A stretch of 64,000 nucleotides of DNA from Guillardia theta CCMP2712 (GCF_000315625.1 NW_005434673.1:124001-188000), one strand, 5' to 3'. Numbered from the stretch's first letter, positions 37,011 to 51,073 are shown. Numbers and translations: made by a program. Notes: generated by a model from the sequence alone, not told the origin.

Positions 37011-38278
37011 ACGTCATGATCATGAAAACACCCAGACTTGCAAACCTGAATTCACTATGAGCGCTCGAAGAGGTATACTACTGGTCCCCAGTGCGTCGTA
37101 CTGAACAAGATTGAGAGAGAAAAGACACATAGTTTCTGGAAGATATCTGCAAATCATTGTCAAATTATGAAACGATATCACATCATGCGATGTTTCATAA
37201 GCTCGATCAAGAAGAACTCAAATGTGAATGGTATAGAGGGTGTAACGACTGCATGGCGTCAGGTACAGCATTTGAATCATGGTAAGGGGAAGGGGATTTC
37301 GGTGTTTTGTTGTCACTTCATCTTCCATTCACATCTCAAGTTTAGAATATCAGCATGTCTTGAGCATGGCGCGCTCACAACAGGTTGGGATCCAAGGGAT
37401 ACAGACTGACACGCCAAGACAGGACGGGGGCGCAAGAAGCGGAGCAGTCAACATGAATGGTGAAAGTCGGAGCGGTGTGCGGAGGATGAGGAGAGGAAAG
37501 TAGGGTGGCTATGAAGAGATGTCACAGGATCATGAAGGGGAAGGGAAATGGGGAGTTGCGGCATGGCGGCATGGCGACAAGCGACAAGCGGCCATACCGG
37601 TTTGTCGTGGGACTTCTCTGATGCGCGGTTGGGGTATCTTTTTGGAATGGTTTGAAATGTATAGTGTATAAGTCTTTCTTAATATGAAATATAGAGGATA
37701 ATTGTAAAGTATTTTCTCAAAATACGAAAAGTTTGAACGGGTACGGAAAGCCATCTAAGGGGAAGGTTCTGGACTTCTGGTCAAATGTTATAAAGAAGTT
37801 TTAATTTTATAAAACCGCATAAAACGGTAAGTACCAATTTTTGGCTATACTCTTTGTAGAACAGTAAATCAACAATAATTATTAATAAGATACAGCAAAC
37901 AAATTCGTTGACGAGAGCAAGTTTTCATTACCAGGTTTTCAAGCCAGTACCAAGTTCGGAGGGCCATACAGTACAAAGGAATACTTATCTTCTTTTTAGA
38001 TTCTACACACGGCCCCTTACAAAAATCTAAATTTATTATTGTTTGACCTCTAGCTAGGAGTGTGAACAGGTGGTCAAATTTAATAAAGTTTTAAATCTGT
38101 ACTAGTATTCGCTGTTGTATAACGCTTTATAGAAATCATCTCCTTCATAACACTTTGTAGCCTCATCACCCATACTACCCAATAATACCCACCCTCATCC
38201 AGACCCTCATCCCCGCTCACAACATTGCGCCTACAGCAATGCTCTGACATGCCGCACTGTGACCACGAAGCTCCTGCA

Positions 38279-39172
38279 ATGGCGGGGAGAGGATGCCTTG
38301 ATGATGGAGAGGTGCATCAGCATAGAGGAATCAGGATCAGGATCAGGATCAGCATCAGGATCAGAACCTGGATCAGTATCAGGATCGGAGTGGAAGAGAA
38401 GAGATGTTTGCGAAAACCTTCACTCACAATCATACAGGTGGAAAAGTTCTTGGGATGGCGACGCTGGCAAGAAAACGTATACGCTCATTGGAATTCTTCA
38501 CCACGACTGGTGAGACTCAGTGGGATAATGTAAGGAGGAGCATGGAGGCTTTGGATCGCTCGCGATTTTCGTCTTGGATCAAGAACCTCTATTGCTTTTT
38601 TACCTGCTATTTGACATGCTGTGCAGCAATAGTTTCCTTCCTTGCCCAGTTGGCCGCAGCCGAGCCTTTAGATACAGAAAACAAGACCCAGCCAGCTGTC
38701 GATGCCCTAAAGAAGTTCACGATAGAAGAGTGATGATGATCTTGGTCATGCTCGCCCTGTACTCACTGGCCCTGCAGATTGCATGATTACAATGGCCAGG
38801 ACAAGAGCAAGCCCGTGCTCGTTGCACTCAAGGGGAAAGTGTTCGATGTCACCTCAGAAACCCGTTTTTATGTCCCAGGAAAACCATACGCACAGTTCTC
38901 TGGAAGGGACATAACAAGGTCCACGGCCATGTGAGCGAGGTGACACCTTGAAGGCCCATGTGGTGACGTGGTTGGAAGGTTCTCAACAGCTGTTGAGGAT
39001 CTGGATCGGGTGGACTATCCTAAGGAGAAGGAGGAATATCTTGAGAGTGAGCACATTACCCTCAAGTCTGTGCTGTGCCTTTATTATCTGTCTAGAAATA
39101 TTCCAAAGCACTTATGTACGGAAGTATCCCATAGTCGGGGAACTGCTGCCGTACGAAAGCAAAATGCCGTAA
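38279..39172 (+). CDS. Cytochrome b5-like heme/steroid-binding (MAPR family) protein (multi-exon; 5' structure uncertain)
   Basis: KKFTIEE|...YNGQDKSKPVLVALKGKVFDVTSETRFYVPGKPYAQFSGRDITRSTA...YVRKYPIVGELL. Confidence 0.85.
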
Positions 39173-39499
39173 GAAGCAGTTTGATTAGCCTGCAGGATGT
39201 GACAATACATCGCAGAGAGCCTTCAACCAGCAGTGAGCGGCATGAAGTGCCATCGCGTGCAAGAGGTGAAACTTTGGGTGAAGAAACTTGGGAGTGATGA
39301 CGATCGCTATGGCAGAGTTGGGATCTGATGTAATCAAGAGTTGGCTCACTTCTCTTTTTCAATACGTCGGGATCATGAGCTCTGGGGATACAAAGCGTGA
39401 GCTTAGACGATAGGCTTGCTATGATCAGATGTAAACAACAGTTGTACATGTTCAATACACTTCCACACAAGGGTAATCGGTTATCAACAAAGGAATTTT

Positions 39500-40968
39500 T
39501 ATATCGCTTTTGACTATTCACATTTTCTAGTGTTGCAAATACAATACCCTGAGCATTCTTTGACTCTGGGTGGCTGGATACCTTCATATGGCACGACTGA
39601 CAGATGCTATGTGCAAGCTGCATTTCTGTCCTCCTCCAACAACACTCGTCGTTTCGTAGAGGCGGCAGATCTGTCCGTCTCACTCGTTCGTTTTCTGTGA
39701 CTTTCGGAGGTGGTTCGACTCGATTCTTCCGGCAACAGTCTGAAAGTCAACTATGTCAGCAAAGTGACAGCACAGACGTTTGCAGCGTACCTGCAAGCCT
39801 TGGAGTGACAATTGCACAAAACTTTCTCTGCTACTGAGTCTTCACTCCTATTGCGAGATCTCATGCAAGGTGCTTCATCCCAGTCTGCTGCGTCCAAGCT
39901 GGAGCGGCAGAAACGCAATCTTGGTATAGCTGGTGCGAAGGAAGGCTTGCTTGAGCTTGCCTCCTTGACAAGCAGCGGAATGTCGTCGATTCGGGAGCAG
40001 AGATCCAAGATACAACTTGCATCTCTGCACATGAGATACTCATGCGAGAACAGCTCAGACAGAGATGGCCGCTCGCATGGGTTGCTGCAGAGACATTGCA
40101 GTAAAAAATCTATGCACGCAAACGAAACCCCAAGAGGCATCAACGGAGATGACCGGTCGACATCATACAACAACCCGATGCAATCTCCACTTCCTCTTGT
40201 GCAACAAACTCTGCCCGTAAGCATCTGTATCAGCAGACAACCTACGCTCCAAGCATCCGACGAAGGCGAGCATGATGAAGCTCTGTGCGTTTCCGGAACG
40301 CAGCAACAACTACGTTCGCGACGACAAGGTGATGAGTTTTCTAATTCTGTGCCAACGTGCATAGAGCCCCGATTTTGCCCCATTGTCTGAATGTAGACAT
40401 TATCAAGTCCTAATCTTCCATGGGGTTGACCTAAATCATGTAACTTGACCAAATGGCATATCAGAGTCCTTGTAAGAAATGAAGCTTGAAACTCTGGAAT
40501 GCATTTGTTTTGTTCAACGACTTTCAACAGAGATATGTATTGGTCATCGTTTTCGCAATCCATCTTGAAAACCTAAAACAATGGTGAGACAGAATATATA
40601 CGTGTGGCAGTGTCATGATAAAACAATTCACCCCGCGAGGAAGGCGTAAGGGAATTAATGCAGAGCACATAACCTCGACTCGACTCTAAAACATCAATTC
40701 AACTTGCTCAAAGAGACATTGAAGCCGATCGTGTGTATATCTCAATATCCAGACCCGGAGAATCAAATGCTGAAATATCCTCTACAAGCATCCTCTGCCT
40801 GACAGCCAAAGAATCGCTATTTCTATGACACAGATCTGTTCTATGTTTTGAAGCCAACATGCTATATTCTTCGCCATAACAAACTAGGGATATTTCAGCC
40901 ATCACATCTTGTAGAAAGATGACACCCTTTCGGTATCCATCTACTGCCACACCTCGCTTTCCCTCCAT
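39500..40968 (-). CDS. Protein kinase-fold protein, probably a pseudokinase
   Basis: C-lobe motifs CVPE, SDAWSVGCLLIQMLTG and FLLQCLCSNPCERPSLSELFSHEYL are present. The catalytic loop reads HGRLGLDNVYI (no HRD Asp) and no DFG is seen. The 3' end is approximate. Confidence 0.72.
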
Positions 40969-42611
40969 AATCTGATTCCTCGTCTATGGCCATGGCCGCT
41001 CCCCTTCGCTCAATCCCAACTCCAATCTATCCCCACCCCTACCCAAATGTACCCCACCCACAATAGTTTTTTCTACTACCCACCCAGCCCGGTCGATTTT
41101 CGGGGTACACCCGTCATATCTGCTAACCCTACCCTTCGTTGCAACATCGAATTCAATGATCCCCCTATAATCCATGCACCCTTGCAACAACTCCCACCCT
41201 ACCCCTCGGCCTCATTAAAAAATCATGACCAGATCCGATAATACTACCCCACCATCCCGAAATTTGACTACCCACCTATCATGAATATGTGTTCCCACAA
41301 AGGATCTCTCATTCCCCTGCAGGAAACTACCCCTTGCACTGTTCACCCCCTGACTCAACTACCCCTACCCACATGTGTTCGTTAAGATTCCTAGGTGAAT
41401 GAACCCATCCAACATACCTCACCCCTTGCTGTGAAACTCCTCACTATTCCCCCACCCCTCTTTTCCCCAGGGGATGTCCCCTAACGCAGAGCACCCCTAC
41501 CCACATATGAAGCCACAAACTACCCACCAGTTTCAAATTCACCCCCACCTCTACCACAGAATTTCATCACCCTACCACTTGCTTATAATCATAATTTTTT
41601 TCCTTCCCCCTTTCCCAAAACATGGTACCAAACAGTGTTGAATCGGACGGGGTACTATTGTACCCCTACCCTTTCATTAGATGTACCCTACCCCCCTCGA
41701 AGGGATGCCATTCACTGTTGTCCTCCAATTTGGATTCAATCTCAATTCATAGTACCCACCCCCTTATCTGATGAGTTTTCGGTATGAAAGTACCGGTGAA
41801 GCGAGAAGAAATTGAGTGAAATTGAGCCTCTTATTGTCCATGACCTATCCCCTGATGCACACCCACCCCCTTCAATACCAATGCACCCCGTTGGATGACC
41901 TCTTCGTTGATCTGGTATGACCACCCCACCCATAATATCACCACCCCCTCATTTGTCTGGAATGGACCGTTCCAAACAAGGCTATAAGCACCAACAACAA
42001 CCACCCCACCCTATGGACTACCCCACCGGTTGCTGACAGCCTGAGCTGATGACATCAGCAAGTAAAACGAAGAGATGGTAACTTGACTGGATTATGGTAT
42101 CCTAGCTGGCCATAGTTATTACTCAACTTGCTGGTTCGGGTGCCGTGCCCGGGCCCCGGCATGCCGGTGATTTATTGTGCGTAACGTAACGTAACGGTGG
42201 AATTCCCGCGCTCACAATGAGGGCGAAGCTCTGCGAAACATGTTCCATCCAGCGAGGCTGACAGTGAGGAGGGGGAGACGAGAGGGAAGAGAGAGGCGAG
42301 GGAGGGAGGTAGTGTAGAAGGAGGCAGGGAGGGAGGATTCAACGAGTGGAAGGGTGGTAGATCGGTGGGGGAGAAGAAGGAAGGGTTCAGTAATCGGGAT
42401 GGAAGATGGTGGGAGGGGGAGTGACAGCTATAGGTCAACGGGCAGCAGGAAAGCTAGATTAGCATTTGTTACTTCCCAGGAGACCACAAGAAGCCCCATG
42501 AGAGGATGAAATTGGCACGGCCAATAACAGAATTACGCATGTTATCCTTTCACCTAAAAATGTCGTTCACATTCTTTGTGCTATTGCAGTTGATTGGGAG
42601 AATATTTGGAC

Positions 42612-44357
42612 ATGAGCACGGCGCAGTCAGAGCTCGCGGACCCGCCACAAGATGGGATATCAGCCATTCAGTTTGCTCCCTCCCACAATTTACTGCTGGT
42701 CTCTTCGTGGAATACCGAAGTAAGGATGTATGATGTGGTGCAGAATGCCAAACGTGCACAATACAATCATCAGGTTTCTCATCGAGCTTCATCACCGGGC
42801 TCTGATTCAATCTTTTCAGGCAGCAGCACTGGACTGTTGCTGGGGCACAGACCAAAATCGATGTTTTTCAGGGGGTGTGGACAAATGTGTCAAGACATAC
42901 GATTTCGCATCAGAAACAGAATCTGTTAGCTCTGACATGGAATTCATAGATTTTCTCTGAAGCATGGAACCAGGTGTTGGGGAACCATGACAAGGCAGTC
43001 AAGGCTGTATGTTGGCAAAAGGAGTTGGGGTGTTGCGTTTCTGGTAGTTGGGACAAACAATTACGAGTGTGGGATCTCCGCCAGACTGCTTGCGTTAATA
43101 CTACACTCTTGCCAGACAAGGTAACGATCTTCTCCCTGCTTTTCCATCAGTTTGAACCACTGCAGGTATTCACGATGTCAGTATCAAGCAACCGGTAGAT
43201 ATCGCTGTCCTCGATCATTGAATTGCAATCTGTGAACTGCATTGGCAGTATTGTAGTCGGAACAGCTTCGAGGCACGTGTGGATCTACGACGTTCGCAAC
43301 CTCTCAGAACCCGAACAGAAGGCAGGTGACCTTGCGCATGTGCAGAGACGCTAATAAGTAATCCAGCGAGAATCTTCCCTCAAATTTCAAACGCGCTGCA
43401 TTCGGTACGCTCATTGCACAGTCTCCTCACGGAGAGAAATCTTTCATTCGGCTGACTTGGATAAAAGATGCTATCCTGATGGTACAGGGTATGCCTTGAG
43501 CTCGATCGAGGGTCGTGTTGCCATGGTTGGTTTGACTTTGGTCAAACTTTGTTTTATCGACATGACGACAATCCTGAACAGGAGTACTTCGACCCAGACG
43601 CTGCATCTCAGGTAGGCCTTTCAAGTATTATCTACAGGGTGAGCACTGACCAAGAATACAAGGCCAAGAAATATGCTTTCAAATGTCATCGTGCGCAGGT
43701 GTGACATGTATAACAAATGGCAGTCTCTGGATTCCAAAATTCAGACAGCAACAATGTGCTGAATTTCGTGTTTTCCTGTAGGATGAAAAAGGGATCGACA
43801 CAGTGTATCCCGTCAATGCTCTTGCATTTCATCCAACGTGAGCCCTCACTATTTCAGTTTTAACTCCGTCCTGATCGTATATGTAGCTATGGAACGTTCG
43901 CAACGGGTGGCTGTGACGGCAAGGTACCTAGATTTCTCCAGGACGAGACCATTCATAACGGGGTACTGTCTGCTTCCTGATTGTCAGGTGATCATGTGGG
44001 ATGGTCAGAACAAGAAGAGGCTCCAGGTACAATGTCTCTGCATATGCAGCATGCAGCATTGTTGAGGGTCAAATCGCAGGCACCCTGGTCATATCCAACA
44101 AGCATCGGTTCCCCCTCATCGTTGCCTCCTTCTGCACCTCAGTAACGACTTTCCTCAGCTTCCCTGGCCTTCAACCCTACAGGCGCTATGCTTGCCGTTG
44201 CGTCATCCTACACCTTCGAGGAAGGAGAGAAGGTTCTTCCTCCCTACCCCCTCCATCGGTCTCATTGCAATCTCCACAGGATGCTCCGCCGGATCAGATC
44301 TTCTTCCGTTCAGTGAACGAGTCAGATGTTCGTCCTCGTGCCAAACAGGCGCAGTGA
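42612..44357 (+). CDS. BUB3: Mitotic checkpoint WD40 protein BUB3 (many short exons)
   Basis: [43 protein letters not shown]|[57 protein letters not shown]. The KKRL and YTFEEGE motifs favour BUB3 over RAE1. Confidence 0.93.
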
Positions 44358-45524
44358 AGCGAAGCTGATGCTCGTGCTCAAGTCTCTTGCGCTGTGACTC
44401 TTTTCTTTATCAACTGTTTACCGACTTACTCTCCCTCCGCACAAGTCACCTCCTTCTTCTATTCAATCTCCCCAGTCCTTCGCTTCTGTCATTTCACGCT
44501 GGTCTTCTCAGCCACGTATCCGTTTATTCGCATGCATGCATCAGCGCCCGACAGGCTCCTTCCCTTGCGCTCGGCACTCTCAGCTCACTTCACGGACCCT
44601 TGCATCTCCTGAATCTCAGCTCCACTCAGTACCTTCATCTACAAAATTACTCAGACTGAAACGTACTTTCTCGTTTCTTCCCCATCTTCATGCTTCTCGC
44701 CGCCGCCCCTACTCCTCTCTCCCTCCCTCCCTCCCTCCCTCCCTCCCTCCCTCCCTCCCTCCGCCTCTCCTTCGTATCTTTCCTCCCTGTGACCAGATGC
44801 CTGGCTCTACCTAGTGTAGGTCACTGGTGTTTCTTTCGAAAGGGGGAAAGGGTAGGGGTATAATACTACCCCTTCTTTGAACTCATTCTTGTTGAATAAA
44901 CTTGGGGTAGTCGATGAGTTGCACTCGAATGGGGGTGGGGTTATTTTAGGACATAATTGGAGTTTGGGACCCTACCCTCCTTTTGTATTCAATTGGGGGG
45001 TATGGAATGGGGCCCATTCTTGGGGGTTACGTGAATCCGATTTATACCGGGTCCTTTTAGTGAAGATTCGCCCTCAAATATGTGGGTGGGTCCTTTATGA
45101 AGGGGTGGGGTACAGGGGGAGTTGAGGACATGAGAGTGGAGTTGGTAGCAGCAACGCGGCAATGGCAGGGCAGGAGGAGGAGGAGGAGGAAGACGACGAC
45201 GAGGAGGAGGGGAGTATCAAGAAGAGCCCTGGGGAGAAAGGAGGAAGTGATAGGACATGATGTAAATGAGTTGCATATCCGAATATGAAAACTTGAAATT
45301 TTCCTTGAGCACCATCACGTACCTGTCCAGTGATGGGTAGGGGACAGGAGCGGAAAGAGAGAAGGAGATGTGACGAAGGTGGAGATGATGACGATAGTGT
45401 TTGCAAATGAGTAGCAACTGCACGTTTGTAGAAGATTGGAAATTATCATCCAATTGCTCATGTTGTGTATGGACAGGTCTTTGAAAAACTAGTTCTCCTG
45501 CGGGGACATCTTGGAGAAGCGAGG

Positions 45525-47723
45525 ATGAAATGTCTATCAACTCTCTCCCTCCTCCTCATCCTCTTCATCGTTATCCTCAACATGGCGTCAACCTCCGCGT
45601 TTCTTCAGTCGGCGCTCCCCATGAATCTGCATCGAGCGGGAGCCATGAGCACGCTTGAGGTCAAGGGTCGGACGGCTGTCCCGCGTTATGCACCTTTCCA
45701 AAGATGCTTGTCGAGAAATACATTCTGTGTTGAGATGAAGCAAACAAGCGTCAAGGAGGCCGAAACACGAGCAAGCGTGCTGCAAGATCTCATTGAGAAG
45801 AAGGACATTGACATCTATGTCCGTGATGCCAAAGGTTTGGATGGTACCTTCGTGGCTCAATTGAGGTGTATGGCGTTTGATCTGGTAAGCCTCTTGATGA
45901 TGATAATGATGATATGAGGAGGAGGAGGAGGAGGAGGAGGAGACGGAGGAGGAGGAGGAGGAGGAGGAGGAGGAGAAAGATCAGGCTGAGGATGGAGGAT
46001 GGAGAAGATGAGAAAACAATTATCGTTGTGTTAACATTGATGATGATTCTCATACAGTAATGATGAGAGTGGAGACGATGTCAATGTGATCGCAACTGAG
46101 AGAATGATTGATGGTAAAGGATGGGACCATGTTTCGATCGCAAAGGCGGAAGTTGAAATGCTGCCCTCACTACTTCCTTGCGGGTATCTATCATACGACA
46201 TTCCTGGTAACAGGCGCTCTGCGGGGATGCGAGCAAGTGATGATGATGATGTTCCAGGTCGCCGTGGCAAGAGCTGTGACAGACAGAGGACAGTTGTTCT
46301 GCAAGGTTGGTGTATGATGTGATGTGACGTGACGTGATGGGTCTTGTTTCCCCTCAGAACATGATGCTGGATGATCTCAACGAATTGTTGAGGAGAGATT
46401 GGATCACGAGCGTCGATCACGAGATGATGAAAGCAGCTTGCCTGGTATTTCCTCCAATGCCCTCCCCGTCGCTCCGGGAATCCCTCCCCACCTACTCTCC
46501 GCTCCTCTCCGCTCCCTCCTCCTCTCCTCTCCTCTCCCCTCCTGATATCCTCAATATTCACGCATCGCGTCTTCAGGATAGTTGGAGTCGAAACCCTGAG
46601 CTCGTCGTTGGCTCCGTCGATTGTTCGCTCCATGAGTCCATCGGTAGGAGGGAGCGGAGGAAAGAGGTGGAACATGAACGTTTTGCAGACACGGATCTGA
46701 TGATCCGCCATTGGATCTACATCTCCTCCATGGCGGTAAGACTCAAATTTGCCGTCCACCTCCAATCATCATCATCTCCATCATCTCCTCCCCTCGAGCT
46801 CGTCGTCGTCGTCGTCGTCGTCGTCGTCTTCACCATCATCATCATCTCCATCATCGTCATCATCTCCACCACCACCATCATCATCTCCACCACCACCATC
46901 ATCGTCTCATTATTCGTTTCAGGTGCGCGAAGAGTTCAGGAGGAGGGGATGTGGTCAACTTCTTCTCGAGGGCTGCGAGGGGATTGCGAGACGAGTGAGA
47001 AGAGCAGAGAAGAAGTTCGATTGTCAGCTGAGCCCTGATGCGCAGAATTATGGAGTCAGCGAGATCTACTTGCATGTTGAGGTGAGGCGATGAATCGATT
47101 GGGGAGGAGGAGAGGGAGGGAGGGAGGGAGGGAGGGAGGGAGGAAGAAGGTGACGATGACTGACAGGAGGAGAACGCTGGAGCGCTGAAGATGTACAAGC
47201 AAAGTGGCTTCACATCATCAGACATGCGCAACCCAACGATCAACAGGATGGACAGGTAGAGAAGTGTCACATGGAGCGAGAAAGAGAGAGCAAGATGAAA
47301 CGAGCAGGGTGGGGGAGAGGGAGGGAGGGAGGGAGGGAGGGAGGGAGGGGCAGGCAGGTAAGCATCAAGGCAGGAGGAGAGGTTTTCATTTACATGAGGT
47401 CCATTCAATCTTGTACCATCAGACGTTCTCGTGTTCCACTTGCTCCTCACTTTCTTCTTGTCTCAGACTTCTCCGACTTGTTCTGCGGGTCCCAAAGGCT
47501 GCCACGTTGTACAGTAGAAGGTGAGAGGTGCGGGCATGTTTCTTGCCTGATGCCCCCAAAGGATTTTCAAGGACTTGCTCGAGGAGGAGGACGTGGAATT
47601 CCAGTTGGCAGAAGCTATGCTCCCTTGATACACTTGACTTGTAATATACATCATGGCTGCATGCTCAAGGGCTGGAAGTTTCGGCGCGCAGCAGACTACA
47701 CGATAGCAGATTTGACGAGTTGA
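45525..47723 (+). CDS. Plastid-targeted GNAT acetyltransferase (multi-exon)
   Basis: Bipartite leader MKCLSTLSLLLILFIVILNMASTSA-FLQ (ASAF-type cleavage). GNAT motifs: LVVGSVDC, IYISSMA|VREEFRRRGCGQLLL, IYLHVE|EENAGALKMYKQSGF. The 3' end is approximate. Confidence 0.82.
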
Positions 47724-48204
47724 GAACAGTCAGGAGAGGAGGGAGGAGAGGAACCTGACAGGGAAGCTGGAGTGAAGAAGAAGGGAGCAAGAGAACAGCC
47801 TCCGACGTCATGAGAGAGCGAAGGCATGATGATGAAGTAGCAGGGAGGGGAAACTGGACCGAAGCAAGAGCATTCCGGATGAAACAACCAATCCAGCACA
47901 ACAGGAAAGGAATAGGAACAGGGGAAGGTATGCAGCGATGGCAAGAGAGACAACAGAACAGCTTAAAAAAACAACACAACATACCAGGAGAGTGAAGAGG
48001 GTGGCGGGGTGGCAACTTGTCATCCGAATTTCAATCCAAATGTTTGAAAAAAATTTACAAGTGAAGGCTTGTAGGAAAAGCATGAGATCCTCGCCGACGT
48101 CTCCTCCTCTCCCCCTGGCCATCCCTTGCTTCCTCCTCCTCCTCCTCCTCCTCCTCCTCCAGTCAAAATCCTTGCGCCTACAGCACAAGTCCACCTATTC
48201 ACAC

Positions 48205-48588
48205 TCACTGCCCCTCCATCACGCCCCTCTGCCGCGTCCTCATCACATCCCGTACGTCTCTGCCCCTGACGTGCATCCTCTGCCTCCCCCCCCTGTCATG
48301 GTGCCGCCACTCCGGTCGAGCAGGAGGATGATACCCCGGGTAGCTCATCGACTTGAGCGCCCACACAAACCCGATGACGGTCGCAAGGAGAATCATGATG
48401 CAGCAGCAGCAGGCGCTGAGCATGAAGCGGTTCTCCTGCTTGCCCTTCTTCTTCTTCAGGAGGGACGCATGCTCGTCCTCGTCCTCCCCGGAGAATGCCT
48501 TCGACACCATGGAGACCATGTAGCCTAGCGCCTTGGTGGCGCTGCCATAGGACACGGGAGTGCGTGATGAAGGATTGTTGAACGCCAT
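48205..48588 (-). CDS. Small single-TM protein with a poly-Cys motif (possible upstream exon to 48822)
   Basis: KKKKGKQENRFMLSACCCCIMILLATVIGFVWAL. Confidence 0.5.
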   Translation of the reverse strand: MAFNNPSSRTPVSYGSATKALGYMVSMVSKAFSGEDEDEHASLLKKKKGKQENRFMLSACCCCIMILLATVIGFVWALKSMSYPGYHPPARPEWRHHDRGGRQRMHVRGRDVRDVMRTRQRGVMEGQ

Positions 48589-49419
48589 GCCGGTGATGCT
48601 TCACCTTGTTGTTACCTCGTTCGCATCAACCTGATCGTTCATGTTCAGCATGTTGGCAACGTGAGCAGAGAGCGCGACTGCAGTTTCTCCATCTCTGACG
48701 GAACATGTCTGGTTACTAGTGGCTGCTCTAATCCCCTGCGGGGCGTCTGCTGAAACCTTCAACTTATCCTCCTCCACGTCAAACACAAGACTGAGGTAAC
48801 ACAACAATACACCCTTCTTCACTCTGATGTGCTTCCTTTCCCACTTGACTTCACTTTCACATACATCCGCTCTGCCAGATTCCCATTCCTCTCATTCTCC
48901 TCTCTCCCTGGAATCTCCGAAATATCATCCTCCCTCCCCTCCCTCCCCTCCCTCCCCTCCCTCCCCTCCCTCTCCTCTCCTCCCTCCCTCCCCTCCCTCC
49001 CCTCCCTCCCCTCCCTCCCCTCCCTCTCCTCTCCTCCCTTCCCCCCCTCCCCTCCCTCCTTCTACGTCCCTCCTCTTCCTGCTTCTTCTCCTCCCCTCCC
49101 TCGTCCCTCCTCCTCTCCTCTCATCTTCCTATTCCCCATCTTCTGCCATGCCGCGTCAGCGTCCTCGCCGGACTGTCAAGTTGAGAATGAGGGGGATGAG
49201 GACGGGCTCGGCCCTGCCCGGCCGGGCCCCGCGGCGCGGCGCGGGCGCGGGCCCGGCCGCGGCCCGACTGATGCATGCCAGGGACAAAGTTCACTCAGGA
49301 GTCCGAGTCTGATGTGATATTGCCAGTGCCCCGAAGCATTCAGGAGCCAAAGCATTCAATGTTGCACGGTAATGAGTTAATGAAAAGTGTTGGTAATGAA
49401 ATGAATAGATTTGAAGCAG

Positions 49420-50509
49420 AAGTCACAGTAAACATCCGCCGTCTTTACCCTTGGGCGCTGGTATCAGACGAGTGCTGCCGGCAGCGCAGTCAGTCAGCAT
49501 GAGATGAGTTGAAAAGAACGAAAATCTTCGTGATATCACCGCCAGCTCGTCGACAGACATGTCTGCATTCTGTACCGGCCCTCTGCCATGTAACATCGTT
49601 ATCACCAAGGATCAAAACAAGCAGCTCAACCTGAAGAGGAGGATTGGGTTCTCAAAGCAATTCTTCCAGCAGAGCCGAACTACCCAGTTCCCCGCATGCA
49701 GGATCCAGACCATTGACTTGTCGGGGAAGTGAACAGTTACACCTGGCACCCCATCGTGTCAAAACGTCCTCAACTGACTCCCCAGCTCCTCCCTGACCTG
49801 TCGTAAACTTCAAGCCCTTCAGCACTGATACGGTTGGGATGGCGACAGAGCAGACTCGTAGGACGAGGCAATCCCTCAGGTACACCCGGACGCGGTCCAG
49901 GCACCAGTTCATGCTCACCGCACAGATGAGGACGTAGAGACAAGCAGCGGCTACGAAGACCTGAAGAAACGCTAGTCAAGCCATGCGCCTGAGTTGAGAA
50001 GAAGAGTCAAGTCATTACAGAGCAGAAAGCCAGGCCGAGAAACAACCCTGAGACCCAAAAGAGAAGCGTCATGCTCGCAATGAGAGCCCCGAGCTCAAGA
50101 AATCCGGAGAACCTGTCGTCAAGTATCATTTGACATTCGTCCAGCAACAAATAACAACTCACAAGTCACCGAACGCTCCGAACAATTTCTTTGCCATCTG
50201 AAACTCCAAGGACCCAGACATCGATTTACTCGCTGATCTGCATGAAGCATGGTCACACATTCGAAGCTCCAGTGTCGACACAGAAGGCTACCTGATCCCC
50301 TTGGCAGACTCCGAGACCATGCTCGAGACGGCTTGAGGAGCATGATAAACCGCAGAGAATGCTGCCCAGGGCATGCGAGCTAGAGACGTTGTCATCCTTC
50401 TCGCTCCCTTGGAGGCAGATCCGTCGGAGGCCTTCCTCTGCGACGGGTTTGATGCTGCGTTTGATCGCGATGCATGCGCATGGACAGGTCTTTCCGTGTT
50501 TGCCGCCAT
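49420..50509 (-). CDS. Hypothetical multi-exon membrane protein
   Basis: Several short minus-strand ORFs with hydrophobic segments, separated by GT-AG-like introns. No family recognised. Confidence 0.4.
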
Positions 50510-51073
50510 GTGATGAGTACAGCTCGATGTCTCCTCCTAGAAGCGAATGATGAGTGAGGGTGGCTATGACAAGAAATGAGCTGTTTCAATGGGTACACAC
50601 ATTTCCTTCAATGACAAGATTACGTGAAAGGAGGTAAAACAATTCAAGAAGTCAAGAAGTCAGAGATCGAAAGTGAGGACAAGTACACCAAGGAAACAAT
50701 CCAAGCATTAAAATTGTGTGGCTTAGCATGACCAAGATCATACAGGACAAAGGCAGGAAAATCAGCAAGGATACCAAGGAGAAATTGAAAGAAGGAAGAA
50801 AAGATGAAAAGAGAACAGGGGAGGAAATCCTAGGATCCTTGTGAGGTGAGCGTTCAGAGGTTTCCATTGGAGGAGGAGGTGCGTAACTTGCTGTTAATAG
50901 AATGTACATCGGGCTAGTGCAGCAGGTAGGACAATGCGGCAAGGTGGAGCAAGAGCAAATGGGAAGGAGAGGAGGTGAGAGATATGACAGAGAAGGAGGC
51001 AACGAGGAGGAGGAGGAGGAGGAGCTGCGACAGTAGCGACATTGAAAGAGGTACGTAAAAGGATAAGCCGCCA

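Noticed and set aside
38436-38530. WW domain in the MAPR gene (WKSSWDGDAGKKTY / HWNS / TTGETQWD)
   Set aside because: The pieces lie in three different frames with no supporting splice sites, so it cannot be supported.
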